Source: Eubacteriales bacterium (GTDB taxonomy: Bacteria; Bacillota; Clostridia; Oscillospirales; CAG-272). From it: DNA of 64,000 bases. The notes under the pieces are model-generated. The model did no database searches and was not told where the DNA came from. It saw only the letters and a list, made by a program, of their open reading frames with translations. The stretch spans positions 1,808 to 65,807 of the forward strand of contig JAZULL010000100.1 in NCBI GenBank assembly GCA_045603085.1, written 5' to 3'. Positions 52,161-61,180 of the stretch are shown piece after piece; within the stretch, counting starts at the first letter, position 1; the number at the start of each line of letters is the position of its first letter. The position numbers and the translations under genes are program-made.

Positions 52161-52219
52161 GAAAGCCTCCAAGAGAACTGATTTTTCTTTGGCTTCCTTG
52201 ATTTTTCACTTCCTTGATT

Positions 52220-54514
52220 TTAATCGTATTCGATATCGTCGCTGACCGTATTGTCACGGAAATATACCGTGACGGTCGTGCCGATCTCCACCTCGGTGCC
52301 GGGCGCGATCGACTGATCGTAAGCCGTTGCGGCCGTACCGCTCATATAGTTATAAGTGCCCGAGATCTTGATATTGAGGTTGCTGTTTGCCAGCAGCTGG
52401 CTGGCCGCAACAGCGGTCTTGCCGCTCAGATCGGGAACCTTGACCGTCTGTTTCTCCATGGAGCGCTCGGTGTACAGAATCAGCGTAGCACCGTCCTTTT
52501 CCACGGCTGTGCCTGCGGCGGGAGACTGGGCGTATACGTGGTCTCCGTTGCCGATGATCTGAACCTCAAATCCTTCGCTCTCTGCCACGCCGCGTGCGGC
52601 ATCCGGAGGCCAGTAGGTCACTGCGGGAGCCTTGACTGCCATTTTTGCAAGCTCGGCATCGGTATAAACCGCTTCCACGCCGAGGTACGGCAGAATGGTT
52701 TCCAGCAGGCTTCCCACGTAAGGAGCGGCGACGACCGAGCCGTACAGTGTGCCCTCTGTGGGCTGGTCCACCATGATCAGCGCGATGTATTGCGGATCGT
52801 CCGCGGGCGCATACGCCACGGTGGAGCAGATATATTTGCCGTCGATCAGCTCTCCGTTTTCATCGCGAAGGTCCTTTTTCTCGGACGTACCCGTCTTGGC
52901 GGCTACGCGATAGCCTGCAACGTAGGCGTTCTTAGCACCGCCGTTGCCCGAAACACCCTCCTCCAGAATCTTGGAGATGGTCTGGCAGGTAGCGGTACTG
53001 ATGACCTGACGCTTGATTTCGGGATCAAAGGTCTCGATGACGTTTCCGCTCTGATCCTTGACACTTCTGACCAATCTGGGGGTGACCAGATAACCGCCGT
53101 TTGCCACAGCGGCAATGGCCGTTACGTGACCAAGCACCGAGATCTTGAAGTTCTGTCCGAAGGAGGCGGTTGCAAGATAGATGTCCGCGCTCTCGAACAT
53201 ATCCTTGTTCCAAAAGGTCACACCCTCAACCGTGCTTCCCTCACCCGGCAGATCGATACCGGTCTTGGAGAAATAGCCGAAGGATTTGAAATACTTGTAA
53301 AAATCACCCGCGCCGATGCGTGCACCCAGCTTCATCAGCCAGGGGTTACAGGATTGCTGAATGCCCTCGGCAAAGGTCAGCGTGCCGTGACCCTGCACCT
53401 TATGGCACTTGATCTTATGTCCGTTGACGATATGGTAACCCGGACAGAACGACGTCTCGGACAGTCCCACCAGCTTTTCCTCCACCGCCATGGCGGCTGT
53501 GATGATCTTGAAGGTCGAGCCGGGCATGTAAACCTCGGTGACCGCCTTGTTGTTCCAGGTGGTCAGCAACAGCTCCTGCTGCAGCTTTCCATACTCCTCG
53601 CTTTCCTGATCAAGTCCGCTCTCCTCCAGCGCCTTAAGACTCTCTTGGTTGAGCTTCCAAGGATCATTGAGATCAAAATTGGGATAGACCGAGATGGCCA
53701 GAATATCACCCGTGTTGACGTCCATGACGATGCCGCATGCGCGGTTTTCGCCGCCCGACTCCAGATACGCTGCCTTGACCTGCTCGTCAAGCGCGTTCTG
53801 CACGAACACGTCGATGGTGGTATACAGATCGTAGCCCGACACAGCGGGAACGTAGCTTTCGTAATCGTATGGCATTTCGTTGCCGTCCGAGTCGCGGGCG
53901 GTCACGTATTTGCCGTCCTGACCCTTGAGATACTGCTCATAGGTGTATTCCAGACCGTAGATGCCCACGCCATCGCTGTTGGTAAAGCCGATGGTATGTG
54001 CCGCCAACGTTTCGTAGGGGTAGCTGCGGGTGGCGGTGGCTTCTAAGAAGATCATGTCCTCCAGCGCATTTTCCTTGATAAATTCACGGATCTGCTTGGC
54101 AACCTCACCGGGCACCTTGCGCGCAATGGTTCTGTCCAGATACTGCGTCTTGCCTGCCTGCAGCTGTACGTCGTCATAGCTGACACCCTCCAGCAGCCGG
54201 GAAAGACCGTAGGAGATCATATCGGCGTAATCCACGCCGGTATCATTACTTGCGGACTTGATGGCCGAGGGAGAAATGAACACGCGGTAGGTGGTCACGT
54301 TACTGGCCAGCAGGATGCCGTTGGCATCGTAGATCGCGCCGCGATCGGCCTCGATCACGGTCTCGGTGGTGATCTGACTGATGACCTTTCCCTGATATTT
54401 TTCGTATTCCACAGTCTGCAAAATCAGGATGCGGAGCAATAAAAACACAAAAACCAGCGATATCCCGAAGCCGAGTACCGCTGCTCTTTTTAAGGTTCTG
54501 GTATCTGTTGTCAT
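52220..54514 (-). CDS. class B penicillin-binding protein (FtsI/SpoVD-type) with two PASTA domains
   Basis: TM anchor, then the STFK (GSTFKIITAA), SxN (QQSCNPW) and KTGT motifs, and two C-terminal PASTA-like repeats. ATG 54514 was chosen because the TM helix follows it. Confidence 0.9.
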   Translation of the reverse strand: MTTDTRTLKRAAVLGFGISLVFVFLLLRILILQTVEYEKYQGKVISQITTETVIEADRGAIYDANGILLASNVTTYRVFISPSAIKSASNDTGVDYADMISYGLSRLLEGVSYDDVQLQAGKTQYLDRTIARKVPGEVAKQIREFIKENALEDMIFLEATATRSYPYETLAAHTIGFTNSDGVGIYGLEYTYEQYLKGQDGKYVTARDSDGNEMPYDYESYVPAVSGYDLYTTIDVFVQNALDEQVKAAYLESGGENRACGIVMDVNTGDILAISVYPNFDLNDPWKLNQESLKALEESGLDQESEEYGKLQQELLLTTWNNKAVTEVYMPGSTFKIITAAMAVEEKLVGLSETSFCPGYHIVNGHKIKCHKVQGHGTLTFAEGIQQSCNPWLMKLGARIGAGDFYKYFKSFGYFSKTGIDLPGEGSTVEGVTFWNKDMFESADIYLATASFGQNFKISVLGHVTAIAAVANGGYLVTPRLVRSVKDQSGNVIETFDPEIKRQVISTATCQTISKILEEGVSGNGGAKNAYVAGYRVAAKTGTSEKKDLRDENGELIDGKYICSTVAYAPADDPQYIALIMVDQPTEGTLYGSVVAAPYVGSLLETILPYLGVEAVYTDAELAKMAVKAPAVTYWPPDAARGVAESEGFEVQIIGNGDHVYAQSPAAGTAVEKDGATLILYTERSMEKQTVKVPDLSGKTAVAASQLLANSNLNIKISGTYNYMSGTAATAYDQSIAPGTEVEIGTTVTVYFRDNTVSDDIEYD

Positions 54515-54738
54515 GTTGCTCTTATCCCCCGTTATTTTGCCGCTGCCCTTTAAAAAACGGCCGCGGACGCTACGTGTCCGTCTCCTGCTCAGGCAAGAGT
54601 CGAAGCACTCTCCCTTTTGCATGTAAAGGGATCTGCGCCCGCCGCCTTTTGTGTCCGATATCCATTATATCGGATGATCATTATCCTGTCAATGTCAATC
54701 TATGAAACGCCCAAATCTTTTATGCAAAGCCTTGCGAC

Positions 54739-55617
54739 TTAATCCTCAATAATTCCAATCGCGCTGAGCAGATTCGACAAACCTTTGCCAAATTCGCCCT
54801 TTGTTTCATAAACCTCTACGCTGTTCTCGCTCTCGGTGCTCAGCACCTGTGCGCTGACGTAATCGGAGCGCACCATGTTATATTCCTCCACCGCTATGCG
54901 CTCGATCTCCAGCACGTCGTTCTTGAGTGCAAGCTCGGTATTCAGCATCGTATACTGCTTGTCAAGTGCATTCAGCTCTTCCTGCAGAATGCTCGCTTCT
55001 CTTACGGACAGGCTTACCATGACCGAGCTGCCAATGATCATCAGGCAGGAAAGTGTGACGGCCAGCATCGCGCCAAGCACGCCTGCAGGCATCTTTCCAA
55101 CCTCGGTTTTGACCACTCTCTCTTCCTTTTCAATCGGGAACCACTCTCTGGACAACTCACCCAGCTTTTCTGTCGCGGGGCTTTCCAGATATCTGCGCAC
55201 CGACTGCGGCATCTGTTCGGTCATTGTAAGCCACAGGGCTTTTTTTGGCGGTTGCCCTCCCGTAGCTTCGGCTTTATTGTCTGCCTTTGTCGGCATTTCG
55301 GTTCTGAAGTTGTAGTTTGGCATCTTGTAAGAGCGCTGATCGTGATAGTAACGGACGAAGTCATCCGCCGTCATGTATCTCTCGCCCTTGTAAAGACCCG
55401 TGCGGTACTTATCCGCCTTACCGTCCGAAACCTTCTCGGCCATGATATAGGCACCGGGTGCCATGGCATGCGAGAGTGCCTCGTTGCGCTCCTGACGCTT
55501 GGCGTCAATGCGCACGTGCGCGGCGATGCCTCTGTTCTTATAGCGACGGCACAATGCCTTGACGTATTCCGCGCACTCGGTATACGCCGGCTTGCCCGCT
55601 TGCATGATCTGATCCAT
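54739..55617 (-). CDS. FtsL-like bitopic division protein with a long N-terminal cytoplasmic extension
   Basis: AGGAGG lies 5 nt before ATG 55617. The TM helix GVLGAMLAVTLSCLMIIGSSVMV sits near residue 180, followed by a coiled coil and IERIAVEEYNMV. It occupies the ftsL slot between rsmH and the PBP. Confidence 0.65.
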   Translation of the reverse strand: MDQIMQAGKPAYTECAEYVKALCRRYKNRGIAAHVRIDAKRQERNEALSHAMAPGAYIMAEKVSDGKADKYRTGLYKGERYMTADDFVRYYHDQRSYKMPNYNFRTEMPTKADNKAEATGGQPPKKALWLTMTEQMPQSVRRYLESPATEKLGELSREWFPIEKEERVVKTEVGKMPAGVLGAMLAVTLSCLMIIGSSVMVSLSVREASILQEELNALDKQYTMLNTELALKNDVLEIERIAVEEYNMVRSDYVSAQVLSTESENSVEVYETKGEFGKGLSNLLSAIGIIED

Positions 55618-55627
55618 CGGGTCCTCC

Positions 55628-56569
55628 TTATAGTTTTTCGGCTACACGCAATTTGGCACTGCGCGACCGAGGGTTGATTTCAAGCTCTTGCGCACTTGGC
55701 AAGATGGGTTTGCGGCTGATGATATCCACCAGCGGCTTTTTGCCGCACACGCACACGGGGAAATCACGCGGGCAGGTGCAGCCGGACGCCAAGGATGCAA
55801 AGGTCTGCTTGACCAATCGATCCTCCAGCGAATGGAAGGTGATGATGGCGATCCTGCCACCCGGCTTCAGTAGCGATACTGCATCGCGGATGGTGGGCTC
55901 GATCACCGAAAGCTCCCCGTTGACCTCAATGCGGATGGCCTGGAAGGTACGCTTGGCGGGATGGTGTCCCCCTTCCTTTGCCGCCGCGGGCATAGCGTTC
56001 TTAATAATTGTAACCAATTCGCCCGTGGTGCGGATGGGCTGCTTTTCCCTCTCCTGCACGATGCGGGACGCAATACGGGGGGCAAAACGCTCCTCCCCGT
56101 AATCGTAAATAATCTTTTTGAGCTGCTGCTCGGTATAGGTATTGACCACGGTATAAGCGTCCAGCTTATCCTCGCGGTTCATTCTCATATCCAAAGGGGC
56201 GTCCGCCATATAGGAAAAACCGCGGTCGGCGGTATCCAGCTGATAAGAGGACACACCAAGGTCAAGCAGCACGCCGTCTACGCCCTCGATTCCCAGCTCG
56301 CGGCAAACGCGCGCCATATCCGAGAAATTACTGTGCACCACCTGCGCGTGCTCGCCAAACTTGGCAAGACGCTCGGTCGCAACTCCTACGGCGGTCAGGT
56401 CGCGGTCAAGTGCGATCAGCTTTCCGGTCGTCAGATGTAAGGCGATCTCATGCGAGTGGCCTGCGCCTCCGGCAGTACCGTCTATATAAGTGCCGTCCGG
56501 CTTGATGGCCAGCGCGTCCATACATTCATGCAAGAGGACGGATACGTGCGAAAAATTTACCTGTTCCAT
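55628..56569 (-). CDS. rsmH: 16S rRNA (cytosine1402-N4)-methyltransferase
   Basis: HVSVLLHE, DGTAGGAGHS and LLDLGVSSYQLD motifs. Confidence 0.95.
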   Translation of the reverse strand: MEQVNFSHVSVLLHECMDALAIKPDGTYIDGTAGGAGHSHEIALHLTTGKLIALDRDLTAVGVATERLAKFGEHAQVVHSNFSDMARVCRELGIEGVDGVLLDLGVSSYQLDTADRGFSYMADAPLDMRMNREDKLDAYTVVNTYTEQQLKKIIYDYGEERFAPRIASRIVQEREKQPIRTTGELVTIIKNAMPAAAKEGGHHPAKRTFQAIRIEVNGELSVIEPTIRDAVSLLKPGGRIAIITFHSLEDRLVKQTFASLASGCTCPRDFPVCVCGKKPLVDIISRKPILPSAQELEINPRSRSAKLRVAEKL

Positions 56570-56571
56570 GA

Positions 56572-56994
56572 TTACAACCCGTAAAGCTCGAGCTTGGCAC
56601 GCAGGTCTTCCTGGCTCTCGCTCGCAATTTCCTGCTCATACAGCGCTTCCGACCAGATCTCGGCACAGTCGCAGTTGCCAACCACGACGGCGTTCTTTTG
56701 GATCTGTGCATAATCCAGCAGCGCCTGGGGCAACAGTATTCTTCCCTGTGAGTCGGGCGTTACCTTAGCCGCATTTCTGTGCAGATAACGCAGTGCCGGC
56801 TCGGCTATTTTTCTTTCCTGCTGCTTGATGGGTGCGATATACGCCTCCCAGCCCTCCATCGAGAACACCTTGAGTCTGGGGCCGCGGATATCACGTGCCA
56901 CGATCATCTCTTCGCCCAACTCCTCGCGGTGCTTTGCGGGGATAAAAAGTCTGTTTTTGGCATCTACACTGTGTCTGTATTCACCTGTCAGCAC
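56572..56994 (-). CDS. mraZ: transcriptional regulator MraZ
   Basis: Two SpoVT/AbrB-like halves (VDAKNRLFIP and DSQGRILLP). GTG 56994 follows AGGAGG by 9 nt and gives MLTGEYRH. The ORF-track start at 57045 has no RBS. Confidence 0.9.
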   Translation of the reverse strand: MLTGEYRHSVDAKNRLFIPAKHREELGEEMIVARDIRGPRLKVFSMEGWEAYIAPIKQQERKIAEPALRYLHRNAAKVTPDSQGRILLPQALLDYAQIQKNAVVVGNCDCAEIWSEALYEQEIASESQEDLRAKLELYGL

Positions 56995-57023
56995 GTCAGC
57001 GGTCCTCCTCTCGGTAAAATTCA

Positions 57024-57073
57024 GGGGCGACAAACGGGGCGACATTCAACATTTCGCCCCACATTGCCCCACA
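57024..57073 (-). promoter_or_regulatory. candidate MraZ operator: GTGGGG direct repeats plus inverted GGGGCGAC repeats
   Basis: The minus strand reads ATGTGGGGCAATGTGGGGCGAAATGTTGAATGTCGCCCCGTTTGTCGCCCC. Two TGTGGGGC boxes lie 10 bp apart and two oppositely oriented GTCGCCCC boxes lie 12 bp apart, immediately downstream of the -10 box. Confidence 0.55.
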
Positions 57074-57085
57074 TCGGGTAACTAT

Positions 57086-57114
57086 ATTATAAACTTATTA
57101 CTTAGAAATAGCAA
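57086..57114 (-). promoter_or_regulatory. dcw-cluster promoter (TTGCTA-17 nt-TATAAT)
   Basis: The minus strand reads TTGCTA TTTCTAAGTAATAAGTT TATAAT. Confidence 0.65.
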
Positions 57115-57175
57115 GAGGGGGACGCGCATTTTTTTAAAAAACCGTTCTGTTTTTTTGTATCTTTTGCGAAAAATA

Positions 57176-57203
57176 ACGGGTGCAATCTTAAACTTGCACC
57201 CGT
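57176..57203 (-). terminator. intrinsic terminator of the GerA-family gene
   Basis: Perfect 10-bp stem ACGGGTGCAA / TTGCACCCGT. The minus strand continues TTATTTTTCGC. Confidence 0.75.
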
Positions 57204-57343
57204 GTTTTTACTAATACCCGTCAATTCTTACATTTATTCCCAATTTTTTATTTTTACGATATTTCCCGCAAAAAGAAATGGCGGAAAAGAACGGGAAATA
57301 GTACGACAAGCACCGATCCCCCACCCTGCGCGAGAGGCAAATT

Positions 57344-58801
57344 TCACTGCGCGTCACGCTCGTGTCGCGCATGAATGTTGCTCTGCTTTTTGCGGCGGAC
57401 AAGCAGGGTCAGCAGCGCGCGGCCGTCGAATGGGATCAGCGGATAGAGATAATGCCGCTTGCCGTTGACCGTTTTGTTGGTGGCCAGCAGTACCGCGATC
57501 AGCACCGTGCCAATGGCATATCCCCAGACGCCTCCGATGGCGGTCATGATCAAAAGTCCGATGCGCATGAACTTAAAGGCATAGCCCAATTCATACGAGC
57601 GCTGGGTAAAGGTTGCGATGGCCACGAATGCCATATACAGGATGACCTCGGGGATCAGCCAACCGATGCCCACCGCGAAATCACCCAAAATCAAACCGCC
57701 CACGACAGAGAGCGAATTGGACAGCATGCTGGGCGTATTGAGCGAGGCCATGCGCAGGCCGTCAATAATAAATTCGGTCAGCAACAGCTGTGCGATCAAC
57801 GGAATTCGCCCGGGCTCCTGCGGAATGATAAAGGCCAGCCAATCGGGAACGACCGCGGCATTCTGTACCAGCAAATACCACGTCGGCACCAAAAACAGCG
57901 ACAACGCAAATACGGCATAGCGGATGACGCGGATATAAGTGCCGGTCAGAGGGGTAAAATAATAGTCGTTGGTCTCCTGCATGAAGTCGAAAATACTGAC
58001 CGGCAGGATCATAACCTGCGGAGAGTTATCGCAAAAGATCAGCACACTTCCCTCCAGCACCTGCGCCGCGGCGGTGTCGGGGCGCTCGGTGTAGCGGATC
58101 TTTGGAAAGGGATTATACCACCGCGTTTTGACAAGGCACTCTGCCAAGGATTGATGTCCCAGCGTCAGCGCATCGGTATCGATCGCGGCAAGACGCTTTT
58201 GCATCATGGCCACGTATTCGGGATTGGCCTTGCCTGCCAGATAGCACAGCACAACGTCGGTTTTGGACTGCTTGCCGATCGAAAAATACTGCATGGTCAG
58301 ATCGGTATCGCGCACACGGCGACGAAGCAAGGCGGTATTGAAGATCAGTGTTTCTACAAAGCCGTCGCGCGAGCCCACCATAACGCGGTCGCCCTCGGGC
58401 TCCTCGGTGGAGCGGGCGGGATAGGTCCGCGCGTCCACGATAATGGCCTGCGGGCCAAAGGCGGAGCCAAGGATCAGCGACGCGCCCGAAAGCACCATCT
58501 GCACCATAAGATCGATATCCCCCGTGACCTCTGCCTCCACGTGGGGCACGTTATATTCCATGAAGCGCTCGGCCGAGGATTTGTGTCCGTCGGGCGGGGT
58601 CTGCATGGAGTCCAGAGAGAGAAAATGCATCATCAGCTTTTGCATCGGTGTGCCGTTTACAAAGCCGTCGATATAATAAAGCGTCATTTCGTCCTGCCCG
58701 ATGCGGAGCACCTTACGAATGACGTCGAAGTTGTCATCGGGATGCAAGAGGCTATCCAACGTCGCCACGTTGACCCGATAATTTTCACCCAGTTTACCCA
58801 T
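57344..58801 (-). CDS. GerA-family spore germination protein (GerAA/SpoVAF-like)
   Basis: 485 aa. A soluble N-terminal domain (LYYIDGFVN...) is followed by about 5 TM helices (PLIAQLLLTEFIIDGLRMA...). Confidence 0.8.
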   Translation of the reverse strand: MGKLGENYRVNVATLDSLLHPDDNFDVIRKVLRIGQDEMTLYYIDGFVNGTPMQKLMMHFLSLDSMQTPPDGHKSSAERFMEYNVPHVEAEVTGDIDLMVQMVLSGASLILGSAFGPQAIIVDARTYPARSTEEPEGDRVMVGSRDGFVETLIFNTALLRRRVRDTDLTMQYFSIGKQSKTDVVLCYLAGKANPEYVAMMQKRLAAIDTDALTLGHQSLAECLVKTRWYNPFPKIRYTERPDTAAAQVLEGSVLIFCDNSPQVMILPVSIFDFMQETNDYYFTPLTGTYIRVIRYAVFALSLFLVPTWYLLVQNAAVVPDWLAFIIPQEPGRIPLIAQLLLTEFIIDGLRMASLNTPSMLSNSLSVVGGLILGDFAVGIGWLIPEVILYMAFVAIATFTQRSYELGYAFKFMRIGLLIMTAIGGVWGYAIGTVLIAVLLATNKTVNGKRHYLYPLIPFDGRALLTLLVRRKKQSNIHARHERDAQ

Positions 58802-58885
58802 AGTTTTTCGTCCTTTTTTGTATTCAAGGATAGTTTGGGAGAAAACGAGAAAATCATGTCAAGTAAAAATTGGGCAAGAAACAAA

Positions 58886-58917
58886 TTTCGCCCGCCTTTT
58901 CTCAAAGGCGGGCGAAA
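58886..58917 (-). terminator. intrinsic terminator of the SDR gene
   Basis: 12-bp stem TCGCCCGCCTTT / AAAGGCGGGCGA. The minus strand continues AAATTTGTTTCTT. Confidence 0.7.
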
Positions 58918-58929
58918 GCTATTTTTCAC

Positions 58930-59694
58930 TCAACCGTTCAGCTTCTGCTGATTGCACCAGATCTTCATGACCATCCTTGTCGGCAGGATCCATGCCAAAA
59001 ATCTGGCTCTTCTGATGGCGTGGCCGCAGACCGAGACGTCGCGTCCGCGCTTCATATCCTTGATGGCGCGCGTGATCACCTGCTCGGCTGTGTAATATCT
59101 CGCATAATATTTCACCGTATCATCGGTCACCGCTCTGTCGAAAAACTCGGTCTTGACCCAGCCCGGACAGACCGCCATGACGCGGATTCCCCTGCTCTTC
59201 AGCTCTACGTTCAAGGATCTTGAAAAGCTCAGCACAAATGCCTTGGTCGCGCCATACACGCCGATATACGGAACAGGCTGGAATGCCGATTGGCTGTCGA
59301 TCTGATAGATCTGCCCGCCCTTTTTCATATACGGCAGCGTGTGATACGTGATGGCCATGAGTGCGGTGGCGTTGAGCGTGATCATCTGCTCCTGCTCCTC
59401 GAGCGCAATATCGGTAAATGCGCCGAATCTGCCAAAGCCGCTGCCGTTGACCAGTACGGCCACCTCGGGGTTGTGCTCTGCCAGCAGGTCGCGGTATGCA
59501 TCCAGCGCCTCCTTTTTGCAAAGATCCAGCGCAATGGCTCTGACGCGGGCGCGCGTCTGCTTGCCGATCTCGACCAGTCTTTCCTCGCGGCGCGCGATCA
59601 GCCAAAGCTCATCGTAAACGTCCAGCGCGTCAAGGCGCAGGGCAAATTCCTTGCCCATGCCGGACGACGCGCCCGTAATTACTGCTATTTTCAT
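58930..59694 (-). CDS. short-chain dehydrogenase/reductase
   Basis: TGASSGMG cofactor motif and the YGATK catalytic motif. Confidence 0.9.
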   Translation of the reverse strand: MKIAVITGASSGMGKEFALRLDALDVYDELWLIARREERLVEIGKQTRARVRAIALDLCKKEALDAYRDLLAEHNPEVAVLVNGSGFGRFGAFTDIALEEQEQMITLNATALMAITYHTLPYMKKGGQIYQIDSQSAFQPVPYIGVYGATKAFVLSFSRSLNVELKSRGIRVMAVCPGWVKTEFFDRAVTDDTVKYYARYYTAEQVITRAIKDMKRGRDVSVCGHAIRRARFLAWILPTRMVMKIWCNQQKLNG

Positions 59695-59702
59695 GCTTCA
59701 CC

Positions 59703-60944
59703 TCACAGAATGATCTGCTCGGGCAGACCGTTTACGTACTTGGGGTATCTCTCGCCCTCGATCAGAGGACGCAGATATTCTAAGCATGCATCGGTAATGC
59801 CGTTGTGCTCTGCATTGATATACGCGTCCGGCACGCGCTTGATCTTGTTGGCGATCTCGTGCACGTCGGCGCAGTCGATCTCGTATGCATAGGGTGCACC
59901 CGAAACACGGCGGTACAGCATCATCTTGCCGCTCTCACCCTGCTCTGCCGCAAGTGCCGCCGCACGGCCGACACATACCGACTCTGCAATATCGGTTGCA
60001 GACACCAAGTGTGCTGCACAGCGCTGGCACACGTTGAGCTCAACCGAGCGCACCTTACAGCCGATCTTCTCGCGCACGGCATATTCCAGCGCCTTGCCCG
60101 TACCCGCCAGATACTGGTGACCGAACACGTCCTTGACGCCGCTCTGTGCGCCTGCGCCCACGTAAGTGCCGTCGGCAAAGCGAATGCCCTCGGAAACCGC
60201 TACCACAACGTTGGGATGACGTTCAAGAGCCGCCTTGGTGCTTGCGATAAATTCATCCATGCAGAAGGGCTTTTCGGGCAGGTAGACCAGATCGGGCTCC
60301 TCGCCGTTTGCAAGTCTGCCAAGGGCGGCCGAAGTGGTCAGCCAGCCTGCGTCACGACCCATGATCTCCACAATGGTGACGGCCTTGGTGGTATACACGG
60401 CCGCATCGCGAATGATCTCGGACACGGTGGTGGCTACGTACTTAGCCGCAGAGCCAAAGCCGGGGGTGTGGTCGGTGCCCTCCAGATCGTTGTCAATGGT
60501 CTTGGGCACGCCCATCACACGCATGTCGTAGCCCGACGCCTTGACAAAGGCAGAGAGCTTGGACACAGTATCCATGGAGTCGTTACCGCCGATATAGAAG
60601 AAATAACGGATGTCGTATTTTTTGAAAATAGCCAGCAGCTGCTCGTAGAACGCGGGATCATCCTCGTGCTTCGGCAATTTTTTGCGGCAGGAGCCGAGTG
60701 CGGCTGCGGGGGTCAGCTCCAGCGCGGACAGCTTTTCCTCGTCCTCGGCGAAAAATCCAAGGTCTACAAGGCGTTCCTGCATCAGTCCCTCGATGCCGTT
60801 GCGCATGCCGTACAGCTTGCCGATGGCGCCGTCTCTTTGGTTGATTTCGATCACGCCGCGGATGACACCCGCCAGCGTTGCATTGATGGCCGCGGTCGGT
60901 CCGCCCGACTGTCCGACAACTGCGTTTCCGTATAATTGATTCAT
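59703..60944 (-). CDS. pfk: 6-phosphofructokinase (long ~415-aa clade; ATP versus PPi dependence not decidable here)
   Basis: GQSGGPTAAINA, IGGNDS, PKTIDND and MGRDAGW motifs. AGAGGGA precedes ATG 60944. Confidence 0.88.
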   Translation of the reverse strand: MNQLYGNAVVGQSGGPTAAINATLAGVIRGVIEINQRDGAIGKLYGMRNGIEGLMQERLVDLGFFAEDEEKLSALELTPAAALGSCRKKLPKHEDDPAFYEQLLAIFKKYDIRYFFYIGGNDSMDTVSKLSAFVKASGYDMRVMGVPKTIDNDLEGTDHTPGFGSAAKYVATTVSEIIRDAAVYTTKAVTIVEIMGRDAGWLTTSAALGRLANGEEPDLVYLPEKPFCMDEFIASTKAALERHPNVVVAVSEGIRFADGTYVGAGAQSGVKDVFGHQYLAGTGKALEYAVREKIGCKVRSVELNVCQRCAAHLVSATDIAESVCVGRAAALAAEQGESGKMMLYRRVSGAPYAYEIDCADVHEIANKIKRVPDAYINAEHNGITDACLEYLRPLIEGERYPKYVNGLPEQIIL

Positions 60945-60983
60945 ATTAATTCCCTCTGCTTTCATACAAAGTTTGCTATCATT

Positions 60984-61012
60984 AGTATACCATATTGCAA
61001 TAAAATTGTCAA
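60984..61012 (-). promoter_or_regulatory. promoter candidate for pfk (TTGACA-17 nt-TATACT)
   Basis: The minus strand reads TTGACA ATTTTATTGCAATATGG TATACT. Confidence 0.6.
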
Positions 61013-61118
61013 CGCGAAAGACACCTGCAAAAAAACTTACAAAGCTTTTACAAAATTGTTTTATAAATCGTAAAACTTCGAAATGGTTTTTGACGACTTA
61101 TATATCGAAGACACATGC

Positions 61119-61148
61119 TTGACAAGCGACTTTGCGGCATGTTATAAT
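61119..61148 (+). promoter_or_regulatory. promoter candidate (TTGACA-18 nt-TATAAT)
   Basis: TTGACA at 61119-61124 and TATAAT at 61143-61148, followed by the GGGAGG RBS and ATG 61181. Confidence 0.6.
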
Positions 61149-61180
61149 ATAAACAGCACACTCAGGGAGGCAGATCATTC

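Noticed and set aside
52214-54046. 610-aa plus-strand ORF. Similar long antisense ORFs occur at 57362-58951, 21314-22777, 34033-35244, 35082-36167, 48134-49276, 49329-50534, 59805-60935, 22814-23842, 9289-10299, 14943-16226, 7708-9228, 4519-5769, 6073-7146, 2926-3981 and 41893-42753.
   Set aside because: Each lies antisense to a gene with clear family motifs. The translations are dominated by R/G/H/Q/A/L runs typical of shadow frames in G+C-rich DNA. No RBS precedes the starts and none shows a recognisable motif.
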